Of a stretch of DNA of 29,841 nt, positions 1 to 9,810 are shown one piece after another. Origin of the DNA: a virus (lineage: Duplodnaviria; Caudoviricetes). The stretch spans positions 1 to 29,841 of the IMG/VR virus record IMGVR_UViG_3300038393_000414. The stretch is one strand, 5' to 3'. Numbering within the stretch: position 1 is the stretch's first letter; every line of letters starts with the position of its first letter. A program made the position numbers and the translations under genes. The notes beneath the pieces are model-generated. The model searched no databases. It was not told the DNA's origin and saw only the letters and a list, made by a program, of their open reading frames with translations.

Positions 1-422
1 GGGGTAGTTACAGGAACGAGTGCTGAAGTTCCGTCTGTGTACTGAAGAGAGCTTCCGTCAGTAATCCAAAGATACTGATCGGTAGCTGCCATGTCCGGCG
101 ATTCATCATCAGCTCCGTCAATCAGACCGGGGATTTGCGTAGAAGTAATCGTACGGTTCAGTTCCATGTGATGCTTCCAAAGCTGATTACCAGAAACGTG
201 GAACAGATCGTCGTTACTGAAACCCGGTTCGTGGTAAAGCCGACGTCCCGGACCAACACCTACTTCCAGCAGCTCAACAAGAGCAGGACGCTCAATCAGA
301 GCAACTTGGTTTTCTGTGTTAGTTGGATTAGCTTCAAAGAAACGGTTCTTAACGTAGACCGCGGGTTCATCAGCCCGATTGCGAATCCACTGACCTTTAC
401 CGAGAGGGACTTCTACTTCCAC
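1..422 (-). CDS. P22 gp10-like tail hub / packaged-DNA stabilization protein (5' part only; runs off the window)
   Basis: Not in the ORF track. Hand translation from GTG at 422 gives MEVEVPLGKGQWIRNRADEPAVYVKNRFFEANPTNTENQVALIERPAL..., open to the window edge. Overlaps the gp4-like stop and occupies the P22 gp10 syntenic position. Confidence 0.65.
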   Translation of the reverse strand, partial: MEVEVPLGKGQWIRNRADEPAVYVKNRFFEANPTNTENQVALIERPALVELLEVGVGPGRRLYHEPGFSNDDLFHVSGNQLWKHHMELNRTITSTQIPGLIDGADDESPDMAATDQYLWITDGSSLQYTDGTSALVPVTT

Positions 423-1156
423 GGTAGATACCTTCCAGTGTTAAAATCAATATCCGTGTAAGAGTTGTACCAAGAGCCTTTCGGGTCTGAAAGCCAACCA
501 AAGGTAGTAAGATCGCTAGGCATCAACGTTTTCTGCTCATAGCGAGAATGGAGTTGGCTCTTCATCCTACGCATGTAGGCAATCGTCTCAGGAGCAAGGC
601 TCTGCCCGTAACTCGGGTCTAACTGAGAAGCCAACATGATGGTGAAGTAGTCTTTGAACTCGTCAGGGAAGGGAAGGAAGTCATTGAGGTCAAGAGTGTT
701 AACTCTTAGCCAGTTGCTCTCGTTCGCCTGATAAATCCACTGACCAATGAAGTCAGCGGTATCAAGAACAAGAGGATCACTGTATTCAATGCTGCTGCCG
801 TTAGCATTCAGAATTACGTTGTACGTGTCGAAGTTACCGATAACGTCAACAACAGCAAAACGCTGACCGTCCTGCGGCATCGGGTCTAGATCAAAAGAAA
901 GCGCCTCAGAGGCGTTTACAACCAACCGAACGTTCCGAGGAACAAAAGGAGAACACAGAATTGACTGGTCGAAATCTCCACCGATACGAATGTCAGTTAG
1001 AGGATCGCCAGCCTCATTTCCAATAGTAGAAAATAGAATAGAGTTAAGAATGTCGAGGGCTTCGGTCTGCTGATCGCCAGTAGGGTCCACACCCAAGGGC
1101 ACGATATTGCTTATCCGATAAGCGCGCTTGATAATGTCAATAGCAATCAGTGCCAT
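413..1156 (-). CDS. Head-tail adaptor, P22 gp4-like
   Basis: N-terminus DIIKRAYRISNIV...EALDILNSIL resembles the P22 gp4 family; lies directly after the coat gene. Confidence 0.65.
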   Translation of the reverse strand: MALIAIDIIKRAYRISNIVPLGVDPTGDQQTEALDILNSILFSTIGNEAGDPLTDIRIGGDFDQSILCSPFVPRNVRLVVNASEALSFDLDPMPQDGQRFAVVDVIGNFDTYNVILNANGSSIEYSDPLVLDTADFIGQWIYQANESNWLRVNTLDLNDFLPFPDEFKDYFTIMLASQLDPSYGQSLAPETIAYMRRMKSQLHSRYEQKTLMPSDLTTFGWLSDPKGSWYNSYTDIDFNTGRYLPWK

Positions 1157-1171
1157 TTATTAACCTTACAG

Positions 1172-1207
1172 TAAAAGGGGAGGGAGCCCCGAAAGACCCC
1201 CTCCACC
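1172..1207 (-). terminator. Rho-independent terminator after the coat gene
   Basis: Minus strand reads GGAGGGGGTC-TTTCGG-GGCTCCCTCC followed by CCTTTT: GC stem with a UUCG loop. Confidence 0.75.
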
Positions 1208-1213
1208 AGTTAG

Positions 1214-2515
1214 TTACGCACCGTTAACGCGGACAATCCGACGACGATCACGGACGTTCGCAGTAGCAACGCAGTCAAAGCGAATGCTCTGGTCACCCGT
1301 GGCCCAGTCGGTGTGCTTCCACATACGAACACTCATCGGAACCTTCGTCAGCGACACGCGGTCGTTGGTGTCAGTGAACGAGGACGGAAGGTCCATCGTG
1401 CTGACCACAATCGCGGGCTTCTGAATCAGGAAGCGAGGAGTGTAAGCCGTACTAGCCGTACCGAAGAAAGTCACAACCGCATTATCCGCAGGCTTCACAT
1501 CAACCGTACGATGAGCCGAGTTCTGATCGGTATCGCCGATGATGATCGCCGGGAAGATACGCAGGGTAGCAGCGCCCGTACCGTCAGCAGTGACGTCACC
1601 AACGACGCGGAACTGCTGGGCGTGGGTCTGGACCTGCTGCTTGCGGTTGTCCCAAGCCTTGATGGTCGTGCCCGAGTTCGAGAGAGTGAAGATTTCACCA
1701 TCCTTAATCGTGGCATTCGCACCGAAGCCGTCGCAAATGAGCGTCTGCGTCAGGTAACGACCGTTAGCAGTCGTGGACTTGCAGACGTCGGCATAGTTGA
1801 CGTTCTGGTTCGCACCGTTCACCGCACCGTTGGTACGAGTACCCGGAGTGATGGACGAGAGCTGCTGAGTGAACATCGTCGGAAGACCGTCGATTTCACC
1901 AACGAAGCCCTTACGGAACGTCTGGGTGGAAAGGCTGTCAGTAGCCGTGTAGGCAACGACAGAGGTTGCAATCGCCTGACGGTCATCGTACGACAGCACG
2001 AGGCGAAGGTCGGAGTCATCAACACCTTCCTTCTTCAGGCGCGTATAGGCAGAGGCAACGTCTGCATAAGTTGCAACGTTGCTACCAGCCGTACCGACAG
2101 CGTTGTTGGCCGCGAGACCCGCAACACCCATGATGTAACTGTCAAGCTGTTCCGCGAGGTTGTTCGCAGCAGCCTTAATAGCCACACTCTCACGAGCGTC
2201 ACCGATGTTCTTAATGCGGTCGAACTCGGCCCAACCCATCGAAACGCCGAAGGAGTCGTTAACCGAGAACATCTCGGAGCCGAATGCAGTCGCCTGAACA
2301 CCGCCGGACAGGTCCTTAATACCGCCAGTCGTGTGCGTCACGACGTAACGGGGTTCGACCTGCTCGGAAACCATGAAACCATTACGAGCGTCATAAGAGC
2401 CGTCGTACTGCTTCCACGTCACGAGGTCAGCGGCGAGTAGGTTATTCTCAAACCTAGCCGCGAAGGCGTTGAGTACCAGCCTTGACTGGTCAACAGTATT
2501 AGTAGGTGCAGTCAT
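1214..2515 (-). CDS. Major capsid protein, P22 coat (gp5) family
   Basis: 433 aa downstream of the scaffold; TGTRTNGAVNGANQ, IKDGEIFT and QQFRVVGDVTAD...LRIFPAII motifs are typical of P22-like coats; RBS AGAAAGGT. Confidence 0.88.
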   Translation of the reverse strand: MTAPTNTVDQSRLVLNAFAARFENNLLAADLVTWKQYDGSYDARNGFMVSEQVEPRYVVTHTTGGIKDLSGGVQATAFGSEMFSVNDSFGVSMGWAEFDRIKNIGDARESVAIKAAANNLAEQLDSYIMGVAGLAANNAVGTAGSNVATYADVASAYTRLKKEGVDDSDLRLVLSYDDRQAIATSVVAYTATDSLSTQTFRKGFVGEIDGLPTMFTQQLSSITPGTRTNGAVNGANQNVNYADVCKSTTANGRYLTQTLICDGFGANATIKDGEIFTLSNSGTTIKAWDNRKQQVQTHAQQFRVVGDVTADGTGAATLRIFPAIIIGDTDQNSAHRTVDVKPADNAVVTFFGTASTAYTPRFLIQKPAIVVSTMDLPSSFTDTNDRVSLTKVPMSVRMWKHTDWATGDQSIRFDCVATANVRDRRRIVRVNGA

Positions 2516-2571
2516 TTGGGATTTTGTACCTTTCTAAGTTCCCAAAGCGCCTTCGCAGAGTAGTCTAGGAT

Positions 2572-3567
2572 TTAGTCCTTAAAGAACTCTCTTTTGAAGG
2601 CAGCCAGATCACGAGTATCTGGGCGTACGGAGAACCGTCCACCAGACCCGCGAGTCCGCACTTCAGGCGGGGGCGGAGTCTTTGATACTCTCTTGTTGCT
2701 CTCACGCTCCTCTTGCTTGGGCTTTGTAAGCTGTGCTTCTAGGCGACCAATTTCGAGGGTTGCAGCAGCAGGACCAGAGGCAACTATCTTCTGGGCCTCG
2801 CCGATATTTTGGCTGAGGTAATACATGATTTCAGGACCGTGATCGCACGACATAATAGTACCAGCAAGGTACTCGCCGTACGCAGGAGGAATATCCTTAA
2901 ATACTTCCACCATAGACGAGATTTTCTCACGAATGTCAGGCAGCTCTTCTTCAACGGCTTCTAGGTTTTCAACCCAGTGCTGTTGGATTAGTTGCTGTTG
3001 TTCCTGCATCTGGCGAGCCTGAGCCTGTTCCTGCCTCTTCTGCTCAGCGGCTTCCATCTCCTGCATAACCGTAAACCTCGTAAGGTTTGCAATATAATTA
3101 GGATCAATTTCACCGAGAGGATAGAGCGGTTCGCCCTTGTCATCTACGTCATCCGGAGTAGGAGCTTTTGGAGCTTCTGCCTTTACCGGAGCCTGTGGTT
3201 CTTGTTTTACTTCAGATCGAGACCTTGCTAGCTCAAGTTCACGCCGGAGAACTTCAACTTCACGTTCTGCCGCCTTCTTGTCTGCATAAATCTCGTTTAG
3301 ACGTTCCTGATAGGACTTACGGCGATTTTGCTTTGCACGAGGTTGATTATCCTCTTCCTCGTCTTCATCTTCTGATTCCTCTTCGGACTCATCAGAATCT
3401 TCGTCTTCACCTTCGTCTTCGTCAGTTGCGAGGTCGTCGTCCTCGGTAACCTCTTCCTGATCTTCTGCTTCCTGTTCTACAGTATCTTCACTGAAAAACT
3501 GGTTCTTAAAATCTTCGAGGTTGTTGTCAATATCGACAAGTTCGTTATTACTGTTGTCGTCAGTCAA
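2572..3567 (-). CDS. Scaffolding protein
   Basis: Acidic N-terminus, coiled coil, YYLSQN...EIGRLEAQL motif; lies between portal and coat; TTG start with AAAGGA RBS. Confidence 0.8.
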   Translation of the reverse strand: MTDDNSNNELVDIDNNLEDFKNQFFSEDTVEQEAEDQEEVTEDDDLATDEDEGEDEDSDESEEESEDEDEEEDNQPRAKQNRRKSYQERLNEIYADKKAAEREVEVLRRELELARSRSEVKQEPQAPVKAEAPKAPTPDDVDDKGEPLYPLGEIDPNYIANLTRFTVMQEMEAAEQKRQEQAQARQMQEQQQLIQQHWVENLEAVEEELPDIREKISSMVEVFKDIPPAYGEYLAGTIMSCDHGPEIMYYLSQNIGEAQKIVASGPAAATLEIGRLEAQLTKPKQEERESNKRVSKTPPPPEVRTRGSGGRFSVRPDTRDLAAFKREFFKD

Positions 3568-3615
3568 AATGGCATCCTTTATAAGATGATCCCTAGTTGC
3601 GGATTAGTTGATGAG

Positions 3616-5886
3616 TTAGGGTTGAGACTCACCGTCCGAGTTTAAACGTTTAGACAGAGCACGAATCTTGAGCTGCGTCAGAGTGTCTTGATTCTGCGCT
3701 CTCATCTTCGCGTCTTCTGCTTGATTATCTATTTGCTGTTGGCCCTGATCGTGGGACGTCAGTTGATCGTGTGCGTCCATCAACATCTGGCCTGTGTCAA
3801 CATTCTTCTGATGCTCTAGCTCTTCTTCAGCCATAGCCTGATCGGCTTCGTGCTCAAGTTGCCGGAGTTCAAATTCTTTATCCTTGGCAGCAAACTGAGC
3901 ATAGGCGGCAAGCCTGTCTGTCTCTGCCTTGAACTCTTCGATGGAAAGTCTACGCATCTCAATATCCTGCTTAGTCTTGAGCGCTGCGTTCTCCATCTCC
4001 ACCTTCTGAAGCTGTTGGCCCATCTGCTGCACGGCTTCTTGCAACTGAGCTTGCTGCTGCATCATTTGTTGGGCATTCGGACCTTGATCGCCAAGTTCAG
4101 CCTTTTCCTTGTCGGAGAGAAGCTGCGGTGGAATGGTCTTAACCAGACGTTCAGCGAGTTCCTCAGAACCCGGCCAATCCTGCGCCTTGACCACGAGGTC
4201 ACCAGCAATCTGCATAAGCTCCGGATAGACCTGAATAGCTTCCATCATAGCCTCGGCAGCTTCCACCCTACGAGTCGTGTAAGAAGCACCAGAGGTAGTG
4301 GTTACGTCATATTTACCCAGCGAAATGTCAGGACTGTTAGGATCGAGAGGATCGTTAATCTTAACTAACTTGGTCTTCTCGTCCTCTCCGATGATACGAA
4401 TTATACGAGTTCCGTCGTAGACCTGACCAATGAGCTGATTGATAACGTCACCGGCTTCCAAGATAGCAGCATTCCCATTGTCGTAGTAGGTAAGGGAAGC
4501 AATATCTCCTTCACGTTGCCGGGCCATAATAGCTCGCCCAGAGGTTTCATTGGACTTGATTCCAAGACTTGCATCATGAATCCCCGTAACATCTTTCATG
4601 TCCTGAGTGTTAAGCTGCGCCTCATTCAGCAAAGCCATCTGCATGGGAGGTGGATCAAGACGCTTAATGTTCTGGTCAATGATGGCTTCGTCGTTAACCA
4701 CCAGCAAAGGATCACGAGTAAGGTGAGCCTTGCGAATCTTGTCTTCCTTACCCTCAACGGCACTCTCAGTGGCAATCCACTGCGCCTTCGGGGCGTAGCC
4801 AAGCTGCTCAGCTGCAACCGAGCGCCAGAAGTTCTTAAGGCGAACAAGGTCCTTCATGAAGCGAACTAGGCCGTACCGATATCGACGGTCTCCCATAGTC
4901 ACTGTACGACCAGCCATGCGGATAATCGGAAGACGATTCATCTTCCATTCGTACGGACCTGCGAGAATTTTGAAACCTGTGACGAGGTGCATCTGAGCAT
5001 ACTTGCAAGGGGCAACACGCGTCTTTACCGGAGTACCAAACTTCTCCATTTCATCTGGTTCAACATTCTCATCGAAGGTTCGAATACTTCCGTCGTCGAA
5101 CATGACGAGCATTCGATCTCGTTCAATAATACGCCAGTGTTCGGTAACTCGAACAGTGTCAGAATCAATCCAGCCAGTGGCCGAAAGATTACGACGCTCC
5201 ACGTCACTCAAAGTAGAAGGATCGCTCTCAGGCCAACGACGATTAAATTCCTTCTGAGGAATAACGTCATCTACAAAACAGTGAGTCGCATCCCGCCCTG
5301 TAGGGTCAATTGACAGCCTATCCCAGACAACGGAAAGAACGTCGTCAATAGGCTCAATGGTGATATCTTGGTCAAAGACGTCTTCCGCAGCGTACTTAAC
5401 GCCGATACGAAAAGCTCCGTCCCCACACTGAATCATCGACTCAAACGCGCTGTCGTAAGTACGAGTAGCTCTGTTGTTTGTTTCGATTGACCGTATGAGA
5501 TCGGAGCGAATGTCGGCAACGTTTTTGTCGCCATTTTCCATCGGAAGAACTTTAATACCGTTTTTATTTTCTCGCCAGTCGCCGACTAGCTGGGCTGTAA
5601 ACTGGGGAATGGTATTAATTACAAGACACGGAAGTCCGGCACGTTGACGGAGAACTTGAGGGTCCCACTGTTCACCGGCTACAAACTTCTTGTCCTCAAG
5701 AGCTGCAATACGGTTGTCATCATCAAATTTCAAGTCAAGCTCATACGTCTCCCGCATATCCTGAAGATAGTCCTCAAGGGTATCGAAACCTTCGGGTACG
5801 TAGGAGGCTGCTGGCGTGTCGAAATCCTTCTCCGGAAGGATAAGTTTATCGACTTCGCCTGTAGAGTCTGATTTCTTTTTAGCCAT
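3616..5886 (-). CDS. Portal protein, P22-like
   Basis: 756 aa; EDKKFVAGEQW, PCLVIN, YGLVRFMKD, SNETSGRAIMARQREG motifs and a Gln-rich C-terminal barrel. Confidence 0.92.
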   Translation of the reverse strand: MAKKKSDSTGEVDKLILPEKDFDTPAASYVPEGFDTLEDYLQDMRETYELDLKFDDDNRIAALEDKKFVAGEQWDPQVLRQRAGLPCLVINTIPQFTAQLVGDWRENKNGIKVLPMENGDKNVADIRSDLIRSIETNNRATRTYDSAFESMIQCGDGAFRIGVKYAAEDVFDQDITIEPIDDVLSVVWDRLSIDPTGRDATHCFVDDVIPQKEFNRRWPESDPSTLSDVERRNLSATGWIDSDTVRVTEHWRIIERDRMLVMFDDGSIRTFDENVEPDEMEKFGTPVKTRVAPCKYAQMHLVTGFKILAGPYEWKMNRLPIIRMAGRTVTMGDRRYRYGLVRFMKDLVRLKNFWRSVAAEQLGYAPKAQWIATESAVEGKEDKIRKAHLTRDPLLVVNDEAIIDQNIKRLDPPPMQMALLNEAQLNTQDMKDVTGIHDASLGIKSNETSGRAIMARQREGDIASLTYYDNGNAAILEAGDVINQLIGQVYDGTRIIRIIGEDEKTKLVKINDPLDPNSPDISLGKYDVTTTSGASYTTRRVEAAEAMMEAIQVYPELMQIAGDLVVKAQDWPGSEELAERLVKTIPPQLLSDKEKAELGDQGPNAQQMMQQQAQLQEAVQQMGQQLQKVEMENAALKTKQDIEMRRLSIEEFKAETDRLAAYAQFAAKDKEFELRQLEHEADQAMAEEELEHQKNVDTGQMLMDAHDQLTSHDQGQQQIDNQAEDAKMRAQNQDTLTQLKIRALSKRLNSDGESQP

Positions 5887-6191
5887 TATCGCCTTGAAAG
5901 TAGGTGCATCAACAGACCACCAAGAAAGTCATTAGGATTCAAACCTGTTGAAGGAGGTGGTAAACGGGAAGGAGCCGGGCCTTGATCTGTAGGGTCGGTA
6001 GGAGTTCCGGGAGCCTGTGTCGTAGCTTGCTGGGCTTGACCAAACAAACCGCTCAAAAGGTCGTTGAACGGACCTTTACCCGTCATTATACCGTAGGCAG
6101 GACTTAGATACGGCAGAACCTTGCCAATACCTTCGCCCGTGATTGCTCCCGCTAAGGGGCTTATGAAACTAAGAGCTTTACCAATACCCAT
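5886..6191 (-). CDS. Hypothetical small protein, possibly virion- or membrane-associated
   Basis: 101 aa exactly fills the terL-portal gap; its stop overlaps the portal start. Confidence 0.7.
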   Translation of the reverse strand: MGIGKALSFISPLAGAITGEGIGKVLPYLSPAYGIMTGKGPFNDLLSGLFGQAQQATTQAPGTPTDPTDQGPAPSRLPPPSTGLNPNDFLGGLLMHLLSRR

Positions 6192-6193
6192 AT

Positions 6194-7603
6194 TTAAAGA
6201 GCCATCCAGCTAGTATCAGAGTGTCCTCTGTAGGGGTTGTAGTCTTCCATTCCGGGAATGTAGACAGGCTTGTTAGCTTCTTCTGTCTTAGCCCGGCGAC
6301 GACCTGTTACTTTGTCGAATATAAAAGTTAGACCCCAAACTAGGGCATCCATACGGTCAGGAGATTTGTTGTTTCCTCGGTCGTAGTCAGCCGAGAAAGA
6401 ACACATTTGATCTTCTAGTTCGTCGAATCGCCCGACGTGGTGAACTCGATTCTGTTCATAAAGTGCGGAGATAGGTTCAGCACGAACAAGCTTTCCCCGA
6501 GTCGCGTGTACCAAGGAGACAGGAACATTTCGATCAGCGGCTCGGATAACGGCTTCAACCATGTCGCCTCCTTGATTTTTCTCAGCAATGATTCGATCTG
6601 CATCAAATTCACGGTAGAGAGCGACAGCTGCTCTTGCCCATTCATCAGGAGACCCTCTAAGAGAGCGATCAGCGAGGACGTATCCTCGATTGTATCCGTC
6701 AGCATCTCGGGCAAGTCCCACACATACAATACCTGTTTCATCCGACCCCTCCTCCGATGAAATAGCTGGATCAACAGCCACTACGATACGCTGTAGTTCA
6801 TCCGGCGCTTCAGGGCGTCGGTTCAGGTCGATACTGCTGCGAGTCCACAGAGCACCGGGAATATCTTCAAGAAGCTCCCCTTCAAGCTCTTGACGACCCA
6901 GACGTGTTCCACCATATCGCTCTTCAATCTGCTTAAGGAAGGGTCCAGCAAGATTGCCGACGTTATCATAAGTCCGTCCACGGGTAACTACGGTATCAGG
7001 ATCGTTAATGAGCTTCTTGATTAGGTCCATCGGTCGCGGAGTCGTAGTGACAACCTGCTGGGGATGGGTTCCAAGACGGAGACCGAACTGCAACTGATCC
7101 CACGAATCTTGCATGTATTGCCACTTCGCCAGCTCGTCACACCAAGCAAAGTGATGCTGAGGTCCGCGAAGCTGATCTGGCTGCGTAGCGTTGTAAGTAA
7201 AAGCCATGCTACCATTAGGCCAAGTCAACTGTCTGTTGGCAGGAGAATATTCCGGCATGAAATCCGGAGAGGAAATGGTAAGGATGCCGCTGTCACCCTC
7301 TACCATAACCTTGCGGGCGTCAGCTGCCGTTTCCGCAACCAAAGCGATTCGGCATCCGGGATTCTGCTGGGCCTTCATACGGACCCATTCAGCTCCGCAG
7401 CGAGATTTACCGAAACCGCGTCCCGCAAGCAGGAGCCAAGTGGTCCAAACACCTTCGGGAGGGAGTTGATTAGGCCTAGCCCAAAATTCCCAGTTGTACT
7501 TCAAAGCAGCCAAGGCTTCAGGAGTCAAAGCCTTAAGAGCAGCTTCGCGCTCTTCTTCTGACAGGGATGCTAAGATTTCAGCGGGAGATTCTTGTCTAGC
7601 CAT
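6194..7603 (-). CDS. terL: Terminase large subunit
   Basis: Walker A AGRGFGKS, LRGPQHHFAWCDE Walker B, TTTP motif, nuclease VAVDP and SPDRMDA motifs. Confidence 0.95.
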   Translation of the reverse strand: MARQESPAEILASLSEEEREAALKALTPEALAALKYNWEFWARPNQLPPEGVWTTWLLLAGRGFGKSRCGAEWVRMKAQQNPGCRIALVAETAADARKVMVEGDSGILTISSPDFMPEYSPANRQLTWPNGSMAFTYNATQPDQLRGPQHHFAWCDELAKWQYMQDSWDQLQFGLRLGTHPQQVVTTTPRPMDLIKKLINDPDTVVTRGRTYDNVGNLAGPFLKQIEERYGGTRLGRQELEGELLEDIPGALWTRSSIDLNRRPEAPDELQRIVVAVDPAISSEEGSDETGIVCVGLARDADGYNRGYVLADRSLRGSPDEWARAAVALYREFDADRIIAEKNQGGDMVEAVIRAADRNVPVSLVHATRGKLVRAEPISALYEQNRVHHVGRFDELEDQMCSFSADYDRGNNKSPDRMDALVWGLTFIFDKVTGRRRAKTEEANKPVYIPGMEDYNPYRGHSDTSWMAL

Positions 7604-9259
7604 TTACGGGTTAGGATTCACCGGAATCGGAACTAGGTGATTCGGATTCACCTGACCATAGGAGGGCTGATAAGTACCGATTAGTTCTTTACCGTTGCCG
7701 AGAATACCTGAGTTACAGTTTAAATGCTTGTCCATGCAGTTGTCAGTCCACATCATCATCACAGTTGGGTCCCAAGCACCGAACCAGTCAGCGTGAAGCG
7801 TCGAGCCCGGCTTCTCAGTAGGAGCCATGACGTCAGAGGATAGTGACCAAGTACTTGTGGTGTCTCCTGCTTGGATTGAGTAGTAGATGTTCAAAGCGAA
7901 CTCAGGAATGATGTACGGATGAGTTGAAGGACAACCGGGGAAACCAAGATGGGTATCCTGCATGTAAGCGAGGTGAGACATATGGTTAGGAGAGTCGAGC
8001 TGAGTCCCATTCCAACACGTCGGAGCATCGAGGTTAGCAACTAGGTGATGCCCAACAGAGCAGACCGCAAGAGCGTCCCTCATGTTGTCAAAACTGCCTG
8101 TGTTGTTGTCACAATACCACTTGAAGTGGCTAGTAGCTGCCGTAGTAGTCGAAAGATGGTCTAGATCACGTCCGAAGATGTAACGAAGACCAAAGGGCAG
8201 GGCTAGACAGCCTTGAGTAATGCGTGTGTCGTTGCACTGTGTAGAGGATTTAGGATATCTCTTGTAGTATACAACATTCATATCCGGCTGAACAACGTGC
8301 CCGTTACCATCTAGAACCGCAGGAGCCCAGTAAGCAGAACGATTGGCAGCCGGTTTAGTAGGATCTCCGCAAGTTGTCTGACCGTGAGCACGAAGCGTCT
8401 CGTAGGTGGAGTTCGAGTTTGCGTCGAGATTGCCGTAGAACTGGTGCAGGTGGCTCTTTCCGGGCTGATTAAAGGCACGGAGAGGGTCGTCGTAACGAAG
8501 CTGACCCGCTCCACAGACAAATCGGAAAGCCGACAGAGTGTCGCCTACGTTCTCACCCGGAATTACGGAAGGTTCAATCGAGAGATTGTAGTCGAACTCA
8601 GAAGCAATAGGAGTAATACCCGTCAGTCCCGGAGATACAGTAGTAGTCTGAGTCCCCGTTGGTGTTGGATCGGTCCCAGTCGGGCAGTCAGCATCCGCAG
8701 GAACAACCGAACCATCGGGGCAAGTCTTCGTAGTTGGAGGAGTAACGGGGGTTGTACAATTATCAGTGATCGGAATTACAGACCCGTCAGGACAAACCTG
8801 AGTCGTTGGAGGCGGAGGATCAGTTGGGGTAGGTGTCGTAGGTTGAGGATCGTCCTCGATAATCGTAACGTTTACCGTGCAATTCGCACACGTAGCATTG
8901 TTTAGAGGTGTGAGTTGAACACTGAAAACTCGGTTGCCCACGTAAACGTCGTTGTTGATGATCGGAATAGAAATGGTGTTGGTAATACGACCAGAACCGA
9001 AAGTCATACTGCCAGACATGGCAACGTAGTCAGTTCCAGCCTTGGCCGTGCCGTCTACCGTCTTATAAGAATAGGCTGAAGGCTTTTTAAGACCTCCAAC
9101 CCGCTGGATTGCTATAGTAGCGTAGGGAATGGTTTCTGAAACAGAAGTATCTTGTCCCGAAATTGTGGGTGTAGTTTGTGCAGGACGGGGAGCCGCCCAA
9201 GCGCCACCAGAGATAAACAAACCAACAGCGGCAAAAGCCGTAAGAAGTTTCTTAATCAT
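7604..9259 (-). CDS. Secreted protein: signal peptide + Calx-beta domain + Pro/Thr linker + DUF1996 domain
   Basis: Signal MIKKLLTAF...AWA; Calx-beta YKTVDGTAKAGTDY...TFGSG...IPIINND; DUF1996 motifs DDP..SHLHQFYGN, NRSAYWAP, CWNG..LDSPNH.SH, CPSTHP, LHADWFGAWD. Confidence 0.85.
   Translation of the reverse strand: MIKKLLTAFAAVGLFISGGAWAAPRPAQTTPTISGQDTSVSETIPYATIAIQRVGGLKKPSAYSYKTVDGTAKAGTDYVAMSGSMTFGSGRITNTISIPIINNDVYVGNRVFSVQLTPLNNATCANCTVNVTIIEDDPQPTTPTPTDPPPPTTQVCPDGSVIPITDNCTTPVTPPTTKTCPDGSVVPADADCPTGTDPTPTGTQTTTVSPGLTGITPIASEFDYNLSIEPSVIPGENVGDTLSAFRFVCGAGQLRYDDPLRAFNQPGKSHLHQFYGNLDANSNSTYETLRAHGQTTCGDPTKPAANRSAYWAPAVLDGNGHVVQPDMNVVYYKRYPKSSTQCNDTRITQGCLALPFGLRYIFGRDLDHLSTTTAATSHFKWYCDNNTGSFDNMRDALAVCSVGHHLVANLDAPTCWNGTQLDSPNHMSHLAYMQDTHLGFPGCPSTHPYIIPEFALNIYYSIQAGDTTSTWSLSSDVMAPTEKPGSTLHADWFGAWDPTVMMMWTDNCMDKHLNCNSGILGNGKELIGTYQPSYGQVNPNHLVPIPVNPNP
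8681..8812 (-). repeat. Two PPTTxxCPDGSVxPxxxxC peptide repeats in the linker
   Basis: PPPTTQVCPDGSVIPITDNC and PPTTKTCPDGSVVPADADC in the translation. Confidence 0.8.
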
Positions 9260-9809
9260 TCACCGCTTTCTTTAGTTCCATTTTATCTGCCAGCCTACGA
9301 ATGCTGTTAGTAAATTCCTGTGCCTGTTCAGCAACCCGGCGCGTCTCCATTTCAATTGGGCCACCGTCACGACCGGAGATTTCCTGCCGTTCGATGAACA
9401 TTCCCATCGCGCGAGCCATAAGCTCACAAGCGCGTAGGACAGCCGTGTGATTTCCTTCTGCTTCAGCCCGCTCTAGCGTAGACTGAATCTTCTTCATGAC
9501 GTATTCGGGCTTGAGGGTTGTTTCCTTAGCGTTCTGAATCGTCAGTTCGTCCATCGCTGCCCGGATTCCAGGATGAGCCAGCATCTCGTGAGCCAGTCTC
9601 GCAGCGTGTTTAGTGTTGTAACCAGCGCGAAGCACCGCAGCGGCACCGTTAAAGTCCCTCAAATACTCTTCAACAAAGCGCCGCTGCCTAACGGTCAAGT
9701 TGTCGATCACCTCCTGAATGTTACCGGCATCCAACGCAGCTTGGACTTTGGGCTTAATTGAGTCCCTGATGCGCTTGGGGGAGTGGATGCGTGTTTTAAC
9801 TCTTTGCAT
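9252..9809 (-). CDS. terS: Terminase small subunit
   Basis: LTVRQRRFVEEYLRDFNGAAAVLRAGY HTH signature; C-terminal GMFIERQEISGRDGGPI. Confidence 0.9.
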   Translation of the reverse strand: MQRVKTRIHSPKRIRDSIKPKVQAALDAGNIQEVIDNLTVRQRRFVEEYLRDFNGAAAVLRAGYNTKHAARLAHEMLAHPGIRAAMDELTIQNAKETTLKPEYVMKKIQSTLERAEAEGNHTAVLRACELMARAMGMFIERQEISGRDGGPIEMETRRVAEQAQEFTNSIRRLADKMELKKAVND

Positions 9810-9810
9810 T

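Noticed and set aside
135-461. 108-aa plus-strand ORF
   Set aside because: Antisense to the gp10-like gene found on the minus strand.
1313-2440. 375-aa plus-strand ORF opposite the coat gene
   Set aside because: Antisense shadow caused by biased codon usage; no RBS or recognisable motifs. The same applies to the antisense ORFs at 12553, 12813, 14061 and 17982.
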